A stretch of 64,000 bases of DNA from the human T2T-CHM13v2.0 reference genome, Homo sapiens. Below the pieces are notes generated by a model that saw only the letters and a list, made by a program, of their open reading frames with translations, was not told the DNA's origin and did not search any database. The stretch is taken from the NCBI RefSeq assembly GCF_009914755.1, contig NC_060947.1; one strand, written 5' to 3'. Positions 61,801 through 64,000 of the stretch are shown here, in pieces. The position numbers were made by a program, and so were the translations under genes. Within the stretch, counting starts at the first letter, position 1; each line of letters starts with the position of its first letter.

Positions 61801-64000
61801 TGAAACGTTCTGTAAATATCTATCAGATTCACTTGGTCTATAGTGCAGATTAAGTCTGATGTCTCTTTGATGATATTCTGTCTGGATCTGTGTAATGCTA
61901 AAAGTGGGGTATTAAAGTCTCCAGCTATTATTGTATTGGGGCCTATCTCTCTCTTTAACTCTAATAATACTTGCTTTATATATCTGGATGCTCCAGTGTT
62001 GGGTGCATATATATTTTAAATTGTTATATCCCCTTGGTGAAGTGACTCCTTTATCTTTATATAGTGAACTTCTTTGTCTCCTCTTATAGTTTTTGTCTTG
62101 AAATCTATTTTGTCTGACATAAGGATACCTACTCCTGTTCTCTTTTAGTTTCTATTGGCATGGATTATCTTTTTTACATCCCTTTATTTTCAGTTTATGG
62201 GTATCTTTACAGATGAAGTGTGTCTCTGGTGAGCCGCAGATCAATGAGTCTCTTTTAAAACTTCATTCAGCCACTCTGTGTTTTGATTGAGGAGTTTAGT
62301 CCATTTACAGTCAATGTTATTATTGTTAAGTAAGGACTTTTGCTATTTTGTTATTTGTTTTCTGGTTGTTTTGTGGTCTTCTTTCTTTACTTCCTGCCTT
62401 CGTTTAGTGAAGGTGATTACCTCTCATGATAGCATTTAGTTTCTCACTTTTTATTTTTTAGTTTTTGGTTTGAGGTTACCATGAGGCTTGCAAATACTAT
62501 CTTACTACCATTATTTTTAACCTAATAACAACATAACACTCTTTGCATAAACAAACAAGAAAAAAAAACTGATAAAAACTAAGTCTTAAATTCATCCTCC
62601 AGGTGCTTTAACTTTTTATTCTATTTATTCCTTCTTGTATTGCCTATGTCTTGAAAAGTTGTTGTTGTTATTATTTCTTATTGTTTCATTATTTACTCGT
62701 TCTACTTAGAATAAGAGTAGTTTACACACCATAGTTACAGAGTTATACTATTTTTACCTGTGTACTATTACCAGTGAGTTTCATACCTTCTAGTTATGAC
62801 TTATTGCTCATTAACATCATTTTCTTTCTCATTGTAGTACTCCCTTTAGCATTTCTTATAGGACAGGTCTGGTGTTGATGAAATCTCCCAGCTTTTGTTT
62901 GTCTGGAAAAGTCTTTATTTTTCCTTCATGTTTGAAGGATATTTTTCGCTGGATATACCATTGTAGGTGAAAGATTTTTTTCCTTCAGTACTTTAAATAG
63001 GCTATGCCACTCTCTCATGGCTATAAGGGTTCCACTGAAAAGTCTGCTGGCAGATGTATTGAAGATTTATTGTATGATATTTGTTCTTTTTCTCTTGCTG
63101 CTTTTAGGATCCTTTCTTTACCCTGGACCTTTGGAAGATTGACGATTAAATGCCCTGAGGTAGTCTTTTCTAGGTTAAACCTGCTTGGTGTTCTATTACC
63201 TTCTCGTACTTGGATATTGATATCTTTAGATTTGGGAAGTTCTCTGTTATTATCCCTTTGAATAAACTTTCTGCCCCTATCTTTTTCTTTACTTCTTTAA
63301 GTCCAGTAACTCTTAGATTTGGCTTTCGAGGCTATCTTCTAGGTCCTGTAGGTGTGCTTTATAGATTTTTATTCTTTTTACTTTTGTCTCTGTTTACTGT
63401 GTATTTTGAAGTATCTTGTATTCAAGCTCACTGATTCTTTCTTCTGATTCATCAATTCTGATAGTAAAGGACTCTGATGCATTCTTCAGTATGCCAATTG
63501 CATTTTCAGCTCCAGAATTTCAGCTTGATTCTTTGTAACTATTTCAATCTCTTTGTTAAATGTATATGATAGAATTTTGCATTCTTTATCTGTGTTATCT
63601 TGAATGTCTTGGAGTGTCCTCAACACAGCTATTTTTGAATTCTTTTTCTGAAAGGTCACAGATCCCTATTTCTCCAGGATTGGTCCTTGGTACCTTATTT
63701 AGTTCATTTGGTAACGTTAACTTTTCCTGGATGGTGTTGATGCTAGTAGATTTTCTTCGGTGTCTGGACATTGAAGAGTTAGTTATTTATTACAGTCTTC
63801 CCTGTCTGTGCTTGTTGGTATCCATCCTTCTTAGAGGGGCTTTCCCTATGTTTGAAAGGACTTACTTGTTATTATCTGTGCTGTAACTGCTTTAGGGGAC
63901 ACTTTCATTTCAGTAATGCTGTGGTTCTAGTTGACTTGTGGAGGTATCACCCTGATGGTCTTGGATATGATCCAGGAGAATTTTCTGGATTACCAGGCAC
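55874..64000 (-). mobile_element. L1MA2/3-like long element (3'UTR to ORF1), interrupted by THE1C and running off the window
   Basis: 3' end ataggtgtatgtttatggggtatacaagatcttttgatac..aatcacatcatgg. ORF2 remnants read continuously across 58723/61084. Confidence 0.8.
58724..61083 (-). mobile_element. Full-length THE1C-like MaLR (3' LTR 58724-59102, internal ~59103-60685, 5' LTR 60686-61083)
   Basis: Two LTRs (..ttgactcacagtt..catggctggggaggc..gatgagatttgggtggggacac) flank a ~1.6-kb THE1 internal region. TSD GTATG/GTATC. Confidence 0.9.

Overview
Human (or very close great-ape) X-chromosome DNA, recognisable as Xp21.1. It contains one intact, intronless protein-coding gene, FAM47A (minus strand, 26..2401, 791 aa, built from nested internal repeats). 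About 15 kb away is an intronless, CpG-rich ferritin-heavy-chain-like pseudogene (17035..17831, probably FTH1P14) whose residues look FTHL17-like. The rest is AT-rich, L1-dense intergenic DNA: many L1PA/L1M pieces, a nested TE stack at 22.5-34 kb, two 5'-inverted L1PA insertions, a full-length THE1C element, MLT1/MLT2 LTRs, Alus, Tigger-family DNA transposons and microsatellites. Nearly all other ORFs in the track are TE- or repeat-derived. I see no clearly new biological system. The best leads are (i) two opposite-facing 5'-inverted L1s that form a nested palindrome and share many non-consensus variants, (ii) a ferritin ORF that gains an in-frame ATG from an LTR, and (iii) a possible co-duplicated FAM47+FTHL germline module. 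Repeat subfamily names come from recalled consensus sequences, and boundaries are approximate unless a TSD is quoted.
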